From the IMG/VR virus record IMGVR_UViG_3300030108_001449: 64,000 nucleotides of DNA. One strand, given 5' to 3'. This document shows positions 37,097 to 46,277 of the stretch, piece after piece. The stretch comes from an uncultured virus (IMG/VR IMGVR_UViG_3300030108_001449). Lineage: Duplodnaviria; Heunggongvirae; Uroviricota; Caudoviricetes. How positions within the stretch are numbered: position 1 is the stretch's first letter; each line of letters opens with the position of its first letter. A program made the translations under genes and the position numbers. Below the pieces are notes generated by a model. That model did no database searches, was not told where the DNA came from, and saw nothing but the letters and a program-made list of their open reading frames with translations.

Positions 37097-37791
37097 TACG
37101 CTGTGTTATAACCCCTGAAGTTAGGAGACACATAAAAAGAAGCTCGTTCCTGATCAGTTGATAAAGCCCTTATAAACTCTTCGTCGTAAATTTGTTTCAA
37201 GAAAGCTGTCTTATCAGGAGCGCGTTTCATTGAAAGATAGTAAGCCAAGCCAGCAGCCAGACAGGGGTAAAACCTGAAAGGCATGTCTAACGTGTTGGTT
37301 GCTGCGTCTGCATCATCCATTCTTGTCAGGACATTCATGTAAACAGTATAGGTGTCCGATTTATCAGGCACAGGCCAAAGGGTAATCGTGGGCGTGATTT
37401 GTTTATCAACGAATATCTGGCTTGGTTTACCAGTGGTGCTCTTTGTAGCAATATGGCTGTATTCAGCCCTGCTCAATTTAGTCAGTGGCAAATCTGTTAC
37501 TTCAGATCCAATGGTTTCTCTTACAAACGCATCGAGCACATCAATAGGAGCAGTCGCGTTTGTAGAATCAATATTGTACTCGCCATCATCCTTAACCAGC
37601 GCGACAGTCTTTTCTGTAATCGTCCACTGGTTTAATCCTCTGTTTGCCCACTCTGCAAGCATGAGGTTTAACGATCTGGTTGCTGTCTTGAGGTCGTATC
37701 CAGTTCTTAACTCAATACCACATCTTTCAAATGCTTCCTCAATATACTCAGCAACATCTGGTTCAAAGTTTTTAGAATTACTTGTAGCCAT
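37096..37791 (-). CDS. Head-tail connector/adaptor-like virion protein
   Basis: EEAFERCG..TGYDLKTA.RSLNL..WANRGLNQWT..PFRFYPCL; homolog of 59749..60633. Confidence 0.7.
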   Translation of the reverse strand: MATSNSKNFEPDVAEYIEEAFERCGIELRTGYDLKTATRSLNLMLAEWANRGLNQWTITEKTVALVKDDGEYNIDSTNATAPIDVLDAFVRETIGSEVTDLPLTKLSRAEYSHIATKSTTGKPSQIFVDKQITPTITLWPVPDKSDTYTVYMNVLTRMDDADAATNTLDMPFRFYPCLAAGLAYYLSMKRAPDKTAFLKQIYDEEFIRALSTDQERASFYVSPNFRGYNTA

Positions 37792-38466
37792 TTAATCCTC
37801 GTACAAATTGTTGAAGGTAATTGATGGATCGAGATAACTATCATGACCTTCTGCTGAATGCGCCCACTGAGAAGGCTTGAAGTCTGGAGCACCCTCACCT
37901 GTCACCCAAAGTGCTGGAGATGTTGCCCTGACTCTGTTGTTAGGTAAAGCCACTAAATTTCCTTTCCACTGACCTTCTTCTGTTATACATAATACATGGC
38001 TTTGTTTGTGTTGGGCAGGATCATCAGCGATATGTGAATCAGTATAATCTACAGTAAACAAATATTTAGATGTGTAAAACTTTCCATCGATCTTAGCAAT
38101 CCAAGGCGAGGAGCTTACGCGATCAAGCACCACCACAGAATGATCGCGAGACTCACAGTCCCAAGGCTGGGATAAATGATCATCCATAGGTTTTGGAAAG
38201 TCTTCCATAGGCATGTCACAGACAAGCCCTTGGATTGGCATCCTTGCCCACATGGCTCCACCATGAATGTTGCCCTCATCCCAGTCATCACAATCAGCTT
38301 CACAACCAGTAAACACCACTTGAAAACTCAAAGACCTGTCAGGAATTGTGTTAACTGCAATCGCCAATCCATGTAAATATTCGTCATGATATTGTTCGTG
38401 GTTGTGGGTAAATTCACGCCTCACCCACACCTTAAAGTGTGGGATGTTGCTTATCAAATATGACAA
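37792..38466 (-). CDS. Conserved phage protein
   Basis: 224 aa, highly similar to 60633..61307. Confidence 0.8.
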   Translation of the reverse strand: MSYLISNIPHFKVWVRREFTHNHEQYHDEYLHGLAIAVNTIPDRSLSFQVVFTGCEADCDDWDEGNIHGGAMWARMPIQGLVCDMPMEDFPKPMDDHLSQPWDCESRDHSVVVLDRVSSSPWIAKIDGKFYTSKYLFTVDYTDSHIADDPAQHKQSHVLCITEEGQWKGNLVALPNNRVRATSPALWVTGEGAPDFKPSQWAHSAEGHDSYLDPSITFNNLYED

Positions 38467-38922
38467 TTACAACCCTTTCATAAAGTTTCTCAATTCTGCT
38501 TTCATTTCTTTAGATGTAACAGCAGCCCCTGTTATTTCTCTTAGTTTTTTGTTGAATTCTTTTTTCTTAGCTGTCGTTAAATTAGAAAAAGATCGTGTGC
38601 CTCTTGTTTGGCCTTTCCCAGCTTTATTTAAAGCACCACCCTCATTCATTTTTTTAAGAGTGCCACCTTTTGACATTTTTCTTTTTAAGGCTCCACCCTT
38701 GGACATCTTACGCATCGCGCCACCCTTGGACTTCTTTCGTAAATCTCCAGCACCTTTTCCATCAGCAGCAAAAGCAGGAACTTTTCTTCCATTGACAGTG
38801 GTCATTTTCATCGCTGTGCCACCAGTCTTCATTTTTTTAAGAGTGCCACCCTTAGACATTTTACGCATCGCACCACCTTTGGATTTTTTCCTCATCGATG
38901 CGCCTTTAGTTCGCTTGTACAT
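38467..38922 (-). CDS. Lys-rich basic protein with tandem K-[MK]-S-K-G-G repeats
   Basis: Seven xxGG units; AAGGAG SD. Confidence 0.7.
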   Translation of the reverse strand: MYKRTKGASMRKKSKGGAMRKMSKGGTLKKMKTGGTAMKMTTVNGRKVPAFAADGKGAGDLRKKSKGGAMRKMSKGGALKRKMSKGGTLKKMNEGGALNKAGKGQTRGTRSFSNLTTAKKKEFNKKLREITGAAVTSKEMKAELRNFMKGL

Positions 38923-38939
38923 TGTTGCTCCTTGTTGAG

Positions 38940-39905
38940 TTAAAGTGATCCACCCATCCTCGAAAAAGATGGGACTCTTGGTCTGTAGTCTTTATGATGT
39001 CTGCCTGACATGATTTCCTGACCTGTTTCTTTGTTGATCAGTCTGTAAAATTCACCTTCAGGCAATGAGATATTCTGTTGATAAAATGGCAAGCTCTCCA
39101 TTACTTGTCTGTTAACTTCCTCAGCGATTCCTGTCGCATCAGGTCTTTGAATGCTTTGACCAAATCCATAAGAATCTAAATCCATTCCCGGCCCTATTGG
39201 CCCTTGTCCTGCAAATGGGTCAAAATCACCTGATTCGATTGTGCCAGTATAATTAGGAGAGTTTCGAGTAGAGCTGTCTTGTCTACCTGTTACAATGTCT
39301 TCACCAATTTTTGGAGTGTAACTAGACGCAAACGCGCCACTGCCTAACATGCTTGGTGAACCACCATATTGTTGCCTTGAAGCTTGCCTTGAGCCTCCTC
39401 TTCTACCCAACAAGCCAAATCCTAGCAAACCTCCTTTGCCTCTCAATCCAAACAAACCAGTTCCTGATGTTTGTCTTGGAGCTTGCGTCCTATTAATCAA
39501 ACCAAACCCCAGTGGGCCACCCCTCCCCCTCAAGCCAAAGAGTCCTCCCCTTTGGGGATTGATTAATCTTGTTACAGGATTAAAGCGATCCCTGAAATTA
39601 GTAAACTGATTAGCTCTTCTGCCAACCCTGTTCAATAGGTTTCCAAATTGTCTGGCTCCGGGCAAAAACTGTAATCTTCGCCCAGCCCTTTGAAATCCAG
39701 TGTCTGCTAAATTAGTAAGTCTTTGCCCAACAAAAGGCGCGTTCCTGAAACCCATCTGGTTCCCCAGAATGTTCGCGAACATCCTAGATCCCTGACCAGC
39801 ATAAGGATCTCTTGCTGTTCCACCACCATTTAGATAGCGAATGCCACCCTCCTCCTCAAAGGAAGGTGACACTTGCATTGGCATTTGCGATCTGGAAATC
39901 GCCAT
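38940..39905 (-). CDS. Arg/Gly-rich low-complexity protein
   Basis: 321 aa; GLFGLRG.GG.LGFGL duplicated; starts MAISRSQM. Confidence 0.65.
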   Translation of the reverse strand: MAISRSQMPMQVSPSFEEEGGIRYLNGGGTARDPYAGQGSRMFANILGNQMGFRNAPFVGQRLTNLADTGFQRAGRRLQFLPGARQFGNLLNRVGRRANQFTNFRDRFNPVTRLINPQRGGLFGLRGRGGPLGFGLINRTQAPRQTSGTGLFGLRGKGGLLGFGLLGRRGGSRQASRQQYGGSPSMLGSGAFASSYTPKIGEDIVTGRQDSSTRNSPNYTGTIESGDFDPFAGQGPIGPGMDLDSYGFGQSIQRPDATGIAEEVNRQVMESLPFYQQNISLPEGEFYRLINKETGQEIMSGRHHKDYRPRVPSFSRMGGSL

Positions 39906-39908
39906 CTA

Positions 39909-40313
39909 CTAGTCGTACTTCTTGATTAACTCAAGAATAATCATGTAGGTGTCACCACTACTGTGTCCAGTGGTAGTGAAATCTATGTCGCCAGTTTTAC
40001 CTGATCCTGCGTTGTTTGGGATCGCAGTAAAATTGTCATAGTATTCGTCACCTGTCGAATCTGCTGGCAACCCAATCGCTAACACGTTCGAGGTTGCGTC
40101 AAAATCCAACTTTACTGACATGCCCACTGTCGCCCAGTAAATGCGCTGAATATGTACTTCAGTGCAAGTTTGACCCCGTGAGTTTGTAGCCAAGGCAGAA
40201 ACGTCTACTTTTTTAACAGCAGACTCACCAGTGCCATCACTGACATTGGTGAATCTTAAAACAGCAGTGCGCTCACCATCTTGGATAGTTTGTGAAGCTA
40301 CGGCATCAGCCAT
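39909..40313 (-). CDS. Virion structural protein
   Basis: MADAVASQTIQDG..DGTGESAVKKVDVSAL; GGAGG SD. Confidence 0.7.
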   Translation of the reverse strand: MADAVASQTIQDGERTAVLRFTNVSDGTGESAVKKVDVSALATNSRGQTCTEVHIQRIYWATVGMSVKLDFDATSNVLAIGLPADSTGDEYYDNFTAIPNNAGSGKTGDIDFTTTGHSSGDTYMIILELIKKYD

Positions 40314-40326
40314 CGTTCACCTCCTG

Positions 40327-41037
40327 TTAAAGTTCAGTGACAGCAGTTCGTTCCTTGTACGCACCAACGTAATCAACTGTCAAAGTCTTTGCAGCAGCAG
40401 CACCATTTTGAATACCAAAAGACAAAGCTAACTCTTCGTCATCTGGTGCATTTGTGCTTACAACTGTTCCAGCTAAAACGTTGTTTTGGAATACATGAAA
40501 CTTCTGATCTTTGGGGTCATACAAGAACCCAACAGTCATAAAGGTATCGTCAGCCAAAGCAGTGCCCAAATCTAAAGTGGATTGTGTGCTGTCTTTTTCA
40601 ACAATAAACGTGACAGTTGTGGCTCCATCTTCTTTCAAGAAGAAAATGCCGTCTGTGACATCCAGAGGAGTTGTGTCTGTTAGCTGTAAGCCAGCAACAA
40701 TGTCTGATTGTGTGGCATCACTTGTTTTAAATCGCATGTGAAACGCTAGTTGCTTACCAGACTCGTACTTGTATCCTTCCTTGACAAGCTGAAAAAAATC
40801 ATGATCGTTGTCAGCGTCATCGTTTGTGATGAGCAGCAGACCACCATCACCATCAGTCAAAGCTTCACTGGCGTTTCCAGATCCACCTTCTGTTGTTGTG
40901 ATTGTCCAGTCACTTGCTAGGTAAGTGTCAAAGTCGTTGAAGTACGAGTGATATTTGTGAGGTGCAGGAGCTTTTAATTTACCAAGCGTTCCATCTGCTG
41001 AAACGTTTGTTACTCCACTTGTAAAATGAGTAGTCAT
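40327..41037 (-). CDS. Virion structural (head decoration-like) protein
   Basis: MTTHFTSGV...; homolog of 63077..63793. Confidence 0.7.
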   Translation of the reverse strand: MTTHFTSGVTNVSADGTLGKLKAPAPHKYHSYFNDFDTYLASDWTITTTEGGSGNASEALTDGDGGLLLITNDDADNDHDFFQLVKEGYKYESGKQLAFHMRFKTSDATQSDIVAGLQLTDTTPLDVTDGIFFLKEDGATTVTFIVEKDSTQSTLDLGTALADDTFMTVGFLYDPKDQKFHVFQNNVLAGTVVSTNAPDDEELALSFGIQNGAAAAKTLTVDYVGAYKERTAVTEL

Positions 41038-41115
41038 GTACAGTTCTCCTATGTTGTTGAACCAGCTTGAACGTTATTGTTCTCGCCATAATGACCACAC
41101 AAGTTTAGGCTAAAA

Positions 41116-41484
41116 TTAGCCATAATGAAATGCTTTCTCTTCTTCGTCCATCATCATGTAATTTGCGTGTGCTTCGTTTTTCTGAAAAGCGACAGACCCA
41201 TAAATGTAACGATCAAATCTCCAGCAATCTTCGTTCCATTCTCTATCTGTTTCGTTAATCTTCTTGGCAAACGCCTCAGCTTTTTTGTAATCGTCTAAAC
41301 AAAAACCATACTGATGTCTAAAGACTTTACCTTCCTCAGTCTTCGCAATGATGCTGTAAAAAGTTTTGTCTGCAACTGGGTCATACTCCTGACGATCTCC
41401 ATATTCTCTGGCGTAATAATCTTCTTCTGTTGCGTGACACTCTTTACCTACTGCTGCCTCAACTATGTTTCCTTCTATTCTCAT
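41116..41484 (-). CDS. Hypothetical protein (moron gene 2)
   Basis: 122 aa; ATGA overlap with the upstream gene. Confidence 0.65.
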   Translation of the reverse strand: MRIEGNIVEAAVGKECHATEEDYYAREYGDRQEYDPVADKTFYSIIAKTEEGKVFRHQYGFCLDDYKKAEAFAKKINETDREWNEDCWRFDRYIYGSVAFQKNEAHANYMMMDEEEKAFHYG

Positions 41485-42290
41485 GCGATCTCCTCAATTG
41501 AATCTGTGAACTCAGCTTTGGTTGGCCTTTTGAAAAATCCAAACTTTGGATCATCATCAGAAGGCTCAACTGCTGCCATGAACGTGACTGTTCTGCCTTT
41601 GGGACTTGGCAAGGAAGCTGGTATTGAACCATAAACCTTGAATCCCCTGTCATCCTGAACCAACATTCTGAACACAGTGCCAAATCGTGTTTCATGCGCC
41701 TTGGTTCCCAAGACTGTGCCAGTGATTGCCACCCTGCCAGTTGGTACAGGCTCTGCTGCCTCGTAGATTGCTTCTTCTTTTTCTTTCTTGATTCGAGCAG
41801 CTTCTCTTCGTGGCCCATAAACAAAATCTTCGATCATCTCAAACGCTTCTGTGCATCTGGTGTTGACATAAACGTGGCACAAATACTTGCCATCAGACTC
41901 AAACTCTCTGCCCTTACTGACGTTGATTGGCAAAGCAGAAAATGCTCGTTCCAACCTGTCAGCCATTACAGCATCAACGTAATCAATTCTTTTGCCATTG
42001 CTTTTTCCATCAAACTGCATCTGATAAACATCTGGCTCGTTTGTGTCCCAAGGCAAAAACTCTCCAGCCATAAACTCTTTTTCTTGCAAAGTGCCATAGA
42101 GATCCCACTCATAAATGTAATAATCGCGTGGCGCGTGTAATCGCCCACTAAGTCCTATGGTTGGCTTCAAGCCATCGTTCAAGGATTCGCCTTTGGCAAT
42201 CACGCGATCCTGATAAGCCTTTCGAGCAGCTTCTGACTTGATCAAAAATGACTCAAGTCTTTGTTCTACGTCTTTGACTAATTGTTCCAT
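41481..42290 (-). CDS. Hypothetical protein with a C-terminal OB-fold-like segment (moron gene 1)
   Basis: GRVAITGTVL..RMLVQDDRGFKVYGS..VTFMAAV..FGFFKRPTK; has its own promoter. Confidence 0.7.
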   Translation of the reverse strand: MEQLVKDVEQRLESFLIKSEAARKAYQDRVIAKGESLNDGLKPTIGLSGRLHAPRDYYIYEWDLYGTLQEKEFMAGEFLPWDTNEPDVYQMQFDGKSNGKRIDYVDAVMADRLERAFSALPINVSKGREFESDGKYLCHVYVNTRCTEAFEMIEDFVYGPRREAARIKKEKEEAIYEAAEPVPTGRVAITGTVLGTKAHETRFGTVFRMLVQDDRGFKVYGSIPASLPSPKGRTVTFMAAVEPSDDDPKFGFFKRPTKAEFTDSIEEIA

Positions 42291-42316
42291 GCTTGGTTTC
42301 CTTTGAGTTCAAAGAC

Positions 42317-42344
42317 ATTATACATAAACTATTGTTAATTGCAA
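42317..42344 (-). promoter_or_regulatory. Sigma70-like promoter of the moron
   Basis: TTGCAA-16 bp-TATAAT. Confidence 0.65.
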
Positions 42345-42368
42345 GTCTTAATACATTACTATAAATGC

Positions 42369-42397
42369 TTGCATAACGACACTATTAAGGTTAATAA
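42369..42397 (+). promoter_or_regulatory. CGACAC-box promoter element facing the capsid terminator
   Basis: TTGCAT-AACGACAC, weak -10 (TAATAA). Confidence 0.5.
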
Positions 42398-42419
42398 AAA
42401 AGGGGCTTTCGCCCCTTTC
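42394..42419 (-). terminator. Intrinsic terminator after the major capsid gene
   Basis: AAAGGGGC-GAAA-GCCCC-TTTTTT on the minus strand. Confidence 0.85.
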
Positions 42420-42422
42420 TTT

Positions 42423-43340
42423 TTATGCGCCTTGTGAACCATACACGCCTCTCCAATCAGAGAAGCCGAAGGAGTACCGCTCACGGGCCTTGTACCGAAT
42501 GTTACCTGTTGAGAAATCAGGTTCCATTGAGGTTTCCATCGCAGTTCTTTGGAACATCTTCAGACCTTCCCCTGACTCAGTAACTGAGGTGAGAAGGAAG
42601 AAAGCATCTGGATCATTTAGATAATGATTCACTGTGTAACCACCGGGGATTACTCCAGTATTCTTGATGCTGTTGATGTCGTTGTCAGCAGTTCCAGTTC
42701 TGCCATCAGAATTCAAGATTCTGTCAGCAACGAAAACCAATTGTGGAGGAACCACAAGCTTGGTTGCCTGAACAGAAATCGTTAGACCTCTGTCATCAGT
42801 GAACGTGGAAATGTCGATTAACGCATCTTCTAAGGATGTCTCATTCAGGTCTGCCATTGTCGACGCGCGGTTAGCAGCACTGCCGCCACCAGCCAATGGA
42901 TGTGCAGTGTTAATTAACGACACTCCATCACCACCTGTGAACGAACTACTGAAAGCGTTGTTCAATACATCAGCACCTTTCACTTCCTTGGTATTAGCCA
43001 TAGATCGTGCAAGTGCTTTGGTGTATCGCTTACCCAGTGACGAGTAAAGATTGTCTTCCACCGCTTCTTCTGTAAGGGCAAATGCCAACCCAACCGTGTC
43101 GTGCGTATACCGCGCTGTGTAACTTTCGTTTGCGTTATCGAACTGTACGCCTTGGCCCTCTGACTTAGTTGGCGCGGAGCCAAAACCAGTCAGCAAAACC
43201 TCTTCCTCAAAAGCGCGATCAGAATCTTCTACACTGAAGATCTCTGTGTACTCTTGGTCATAGGTGTTGTATTCAAGGCCGAAGAGCGAGTTCAAACCCG
43301 GCTCTAGCTCTTTAGCAAGTTGTGCTCTTGAAATAGCCAT
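42423..43340 (-). CDS. Major capsid protein (Mu gpT-family-like)
   Basis: MAISRAQLAKELEPGLN..YKARERYSFGFSDWRG; GGAGG SD and terminator. Confidence 0.9.
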   Translation of the reverse strand: MAISRAQLAKELEPGLNSLFGLEYNTYDQEYTEIFSVEDSDRAFEEEVLLTGFGSAPTKSEGQGVQFDNANESYTARYTHDTVGLAFALTEEAVEDNLYSSLGKRYTKALARSMANTKEVKGADVLNNAFSSSFTGGDGVSLINTAHPLAGGGSAANRASTMADLNETSLEDALIDISTFTDDRGLTISVQATKLVVPPQLVFVADRILNSDGRTGTADNDINSIKNTGVIPGGYTVNHYLNDPDAFFLLTSVTESGEGLKMFQRTAMETSMEPDFSTGNIRYKARERYSFGFSDWRGVYGSQGA

Positions 43341-43354
43341 TATCTAACCTCCTA

Positions 43355-43939
43355 TTAAGCTAAGCCGGCGCCTTTAACGCCGTAAATTGAGTTTTGGATG
43401 ACTACCAGCACGTTAGTGTTTGCTGATGCTACATCACTATTCTCAGGATCTTCTGAAATATCGATGGCTTTGATAGGCAAGCTAGTGCCTGTTGCGCCAG
43501 TTGATACTTCAAGCTCTGCTCCAGAAATTCCTGTGACAGTTGAACCTGAAGAGGTATAAACGATGTCGAAGTTGCCGAAGAGATCCGCAACTGGAAATGC
43601 TGCGTCTGCTTGGATTTCGTAAACTACGTTGGGGTCATCAATAACAAACGCAATCAAATCTGAAGCGTTTGTGCTGGCAGGATAGTAATTGCTATAAACC
43701 TGCTCTTTAGTTGTGGGATCAGTGTACTGTACACCATTGAACACACCGACAATTGGGACTGTGCCACCATCTGCGTGAACCTCAATGCCGCCGCCAGTAA
43801 CTTGAGCAACCATGTCACCTTGGAAAATACTTGTTCCATAGTTAGCTGCAATTCGATAACGACTCTGACCGCCAGTATAAGCACCTCCACCAATCATTCT
43901 GACTGGCTTCATGCCAAAAGCTGCGTCTTTATTCGCCAT
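43355..43939 (-). CDS. Capsid-associated/decoration protein
   Basis: MANKDAAFGMKPV..IFQGDMV..GVFNGVQYTDP; lies immediately before the capsid gene. Confidence 0.7.
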   Translation of the reverse strand: MANKDAAFGMKPVRMIGGGAYTGGQSRYRIAANYGTSIFQGDMVAQVTGGGIEVHADGGTVPIVGVFNGVQYTDPTTKEQVYSNYYPASTNASDLIAFVIDDPNVVYEIQADAAFPVADLFGNFDIVYTSSGSTVTGISGAELEVSTGATGTSLPIKAIDISEDPENSDVASANTNVLVVIQNSIYGVKGAGLA

Positions 43940-43951
43940 GCTTTTCTCCTG

Positions 43952-44410
43952 TTAGTTTCTACCAAATGTTACTTGGGTTGACCTTTGTGGATCATACTTA
44001 ACATAGCGACTGTCTTTTGAACTCTCAGAGAACATAGTATTGTCTAAAGCATCTTTTGCATTCTGATTGACTGCCTCGTAGTGGGCATTTCTTTCATCAA
44101 CAGTTTCTTGTGGTATTTTCGCAAGGATCAAACCCTCATTATATACAACGCCAGAATGTCGCCCTTCATCCATTGTGGGAAGCTGCCATTCATCAGGGAG
44201 GTCAGAACCTTTTACAAGTTCCCATCCTTCTCTGAGTCTTCTTGACATATTGCTTCTATCCTCTTGCCCCAACATGGATTCCCTTATCCAACGATAAACG
44301 TAACCATCTGGTGCTGGAGGAGTTTCAAGGCGGCGAACTGGTCGCCAAGGTTTTCTGCGAGTCTTGTTATCGTGCGCTTCGGATTCACGAGATTGTCTGG
44401 TTGAGGTCAT
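43952..44410 (-). CDS. Conserved head-module protein
   Basis: PPAPDGYVYRWIR..REGWELV..GLILAKIP. Confidence 0.7.
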   Translation of the reverse strand: MTSTRQSRESEAHDNKTRRKPWRPVRRLETPPAPDGYVYRWIRESMLGQEDRSNMSRRLREGWELVKGSDLPDEWQLPTMDEGRHSGVVYNEGLILAKIPQETVDERNAHYEAVNQNAKDALDNTMFSESSKDSRYVKYDPQRSTQVTFGRN

Positions 44411-44425
44411 ATTTACTCCTTATGC

Positions 44426-45361
44426 TTACGCTTGTTTCTGCATTATTTTTTGCTTTTCCATAGCGACTGATTTAAACCAATCCTCTTCTGACATGTTGTG
44501 TGGCTTCAGAGGTCTTAGTCGTTCCATCTCATCTCTTGTAAACTTAACCCCACCCTTTGGGTCTGATGTTTTTTGTCGGCTTCTTGAAGCAGGGGCAACT
44601 CTTTGCATCGATGGGTTGCTCACACTTTGATCGACATTTGTATTTTCAGGATTGCTTGCTTGCAACTCTGGAAATCTTTTCACAATTCTATCATTCAACT
44701 CAGTATAATACTCTTCAGAATCAGGGACAAACCCTTCTTCTACCAAAAACTCATCAACCACCCTTGCCCAATAATGTGCTTCTCGATTGAATTCTGGTTT
44801 GCTTTCATCAAACCAAGGGTTGTTGTCTTGCCAGCTTAACGCTTTTTCGCTAGGTGCTGGAGCTTGTTGTGGTTGTTGATAAACAGGCTGTTGTGGTTGT
44901 TGAGCCTGTTCTGTCTTTTTCTGACTGTTTTGTTTTGCAATTCTTAATTTTTCTTTTTGTATTACAAGCTCTGTTTTTAAAGTATCAGCCTTCGATATAG
45001 AATCCACATCGTTAGCTTGCATGGCTTTTTTGTAAAGCTCATCAACTTGCATTTCTTTGGCTTTGATAGCTTCTTCTTCTTTATCCAAGCTATTGGCTTC
45101 TGATTGCTGCGCTAAAGCCCTTAATCTTTGAAGCTCTTGATCTTGCTGAATCAACGCTTGTTCAGCTAATTGCGCTCTTTGCTCTGATTGTCGATTCTTT
45201 TCGTTGAGCTTATTGATGCGCTTCGACACATTTTTGGTGTATCGTTCAAGTTCATCTTCGCTATTCTGCTGATCTGATTGCGCTTCTATATTGTCTTCAA
45301 TTTGAATTGCAATCTCTGCATCCTGCTGCGCTTCTTGTTCAGGTAATTGATTCTCGCTCAT
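44426..45361 (-). CDS. Capsid scaffolding protein (putative)
   Basis: Acidic coiled-coil; KRINKL, W..NNPWF, SEEYYTEL; between portal and capsid genes. Confidence 0.7.
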   Translation of the reverse strand: MSENQLPEQEAQQDAEIAIQIEDNIEAQSDQQNSEDELERYTKNVSKRINKLNEKNRQSEQRAQLAEQALIQQDQELQRLRALAQQSEANSLDKEEEAIKAKEMQVDELYKKAMQANDVDSISKADTLKTELVIQKEKLRIAKQNSQKKTEQAQQPQQPVYQQPQQAPAPSEKALSWQDNNPWFDESKPEFNREAHYWARVVDEFLVEEGFVPDSEEYYTELNDRIVKRFPELQASNPENTNVDQSVSNPSMQRVAPASRSRQKTSDPKGGVKFTRDEMERLRPLKPHNMSEEDWFKSVAMEKQKIMQKQA

Positions 45362-45786
45362 GTCATACTCACTATGTCATCTGGGTGTAAAATCGTTCCA
45401 ATCACCTCATCATCATTTATTATGCGAACCTCTTGAGGATTATCATCTCCCTCAAAATTCAATTTAAATCGAGTGCCAGCATAACGTCCAATAAGAACCC
45501 ATTGGTTTTCTTGACACCAAGGAATGCCATGAAACCTTGCCTCATCCTTGTAACAAAGTGGCCCCATTTTAACCACCCAAGCCACAACAGTTGCCAATGA
45601 TTCTCTTTCAGTTGTTGTTTGCAAAAGTTCTATGCCACCCTCAGATTTGCTTTTTTGCTTAGATGGAAAAACCAGCAATCTGTAACCTGATGGGTTAGGT
45701 AATCTGTCTATAACACTTGCGTCTAGCAAAGCAGGATCTAATTCTTTTTCTTCAGGATTCACATAAGCCTTAGAAATGGATTCCAA
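45358..45786 (-). CDS. groES: Phage co-chaperonin GroES-like protein
   Basis: PSGYRLLV..SEGGI..VVKMGP..RYAGT..RIINDDEVIG. Confidence 0.85.
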   Translation of the reverse strand: MESISKAYVNPEEKELDPALLDASVIDRLPNPSGYRLLVFPSKQKSKSEGGIELLQTTTERESLATVVAWVVKMGPLCYKDEARFHGIPWCQENQWVLIGRYAGTRFKLNFEGDDNPQEVRIINDDEVIGTILHPDDIVSMT

Positions 45787-45789
45787 AAT

Positions 45790-45969
45790 TTATTCCTTGT
45801 TCAAATCTTTCAGTTCAGACTCGATATAATATAATGCAGAAAGCTCTCCTTGCAAGAACTTATACATTTCCATATCTTTTAAGTTTCCTGACATAAGCGT
45901 TTCAGATATCTGAGATCTTCTCGCCTCTGTCAGTCTTCTTATTTTGTCGTAAAAACTGTAATCATCCAT
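45790..45969 (-). CDS. Small conserved phage protein (59 aa)
   Basis: MDDYSFYDKIRR..YKFLQGEL; TAATG coupling. Confidence 0.6.
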   Translation of the reverse strand: MDDYSFYDKIRRLTEARRSQISETLMSGNLKDMEMYKFLQGELSALYYIESELKDLNKE

Positions 45970-46277
45970 TAAGTCGATTTCTTAGGTGCTTTCCTTGCTT
46001 TTTTAGTAGCTTTTTTCTTAGGTGCTGGCTTAGGCGTTTCTTCTGCAACAGGCTCTGGTTCTGCAACAGGCTCTGGCTCAACGACAGGTTCTGGTTCTGG
46101 TGCTGGTTCTCCAGAAGCTATTCTAGCCAGCTTCGCAGCTATTCTAGCCTCGCTTGCTTGTCTTGCTTTTTCTTCTTCCTGTCGCTTGGCAACAAGAGCA
46201 TTTGCCTCTGCCTCGCGTTCTAGCTTTTTTTGAGCCTTCAGCTCTTTAATCGCTTCAAGTTTATAAGATGTTGTCAT
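45969..46277 (-). CDS. Hypothetical protein with PE repeats and a Lys-rich tail
   Basis: 102 aa, coupled to the portal gene. Confidence 0.6.
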   Translation of the reverse strand: MTTSYKLEAIKELKAQKKLEREAEANALVAKRQEEEKARQASEARIAAKLARIASGEPAPEPEPVVEPEPVAEPEPVAEETPKPAPKKKATKKARKAPKKST

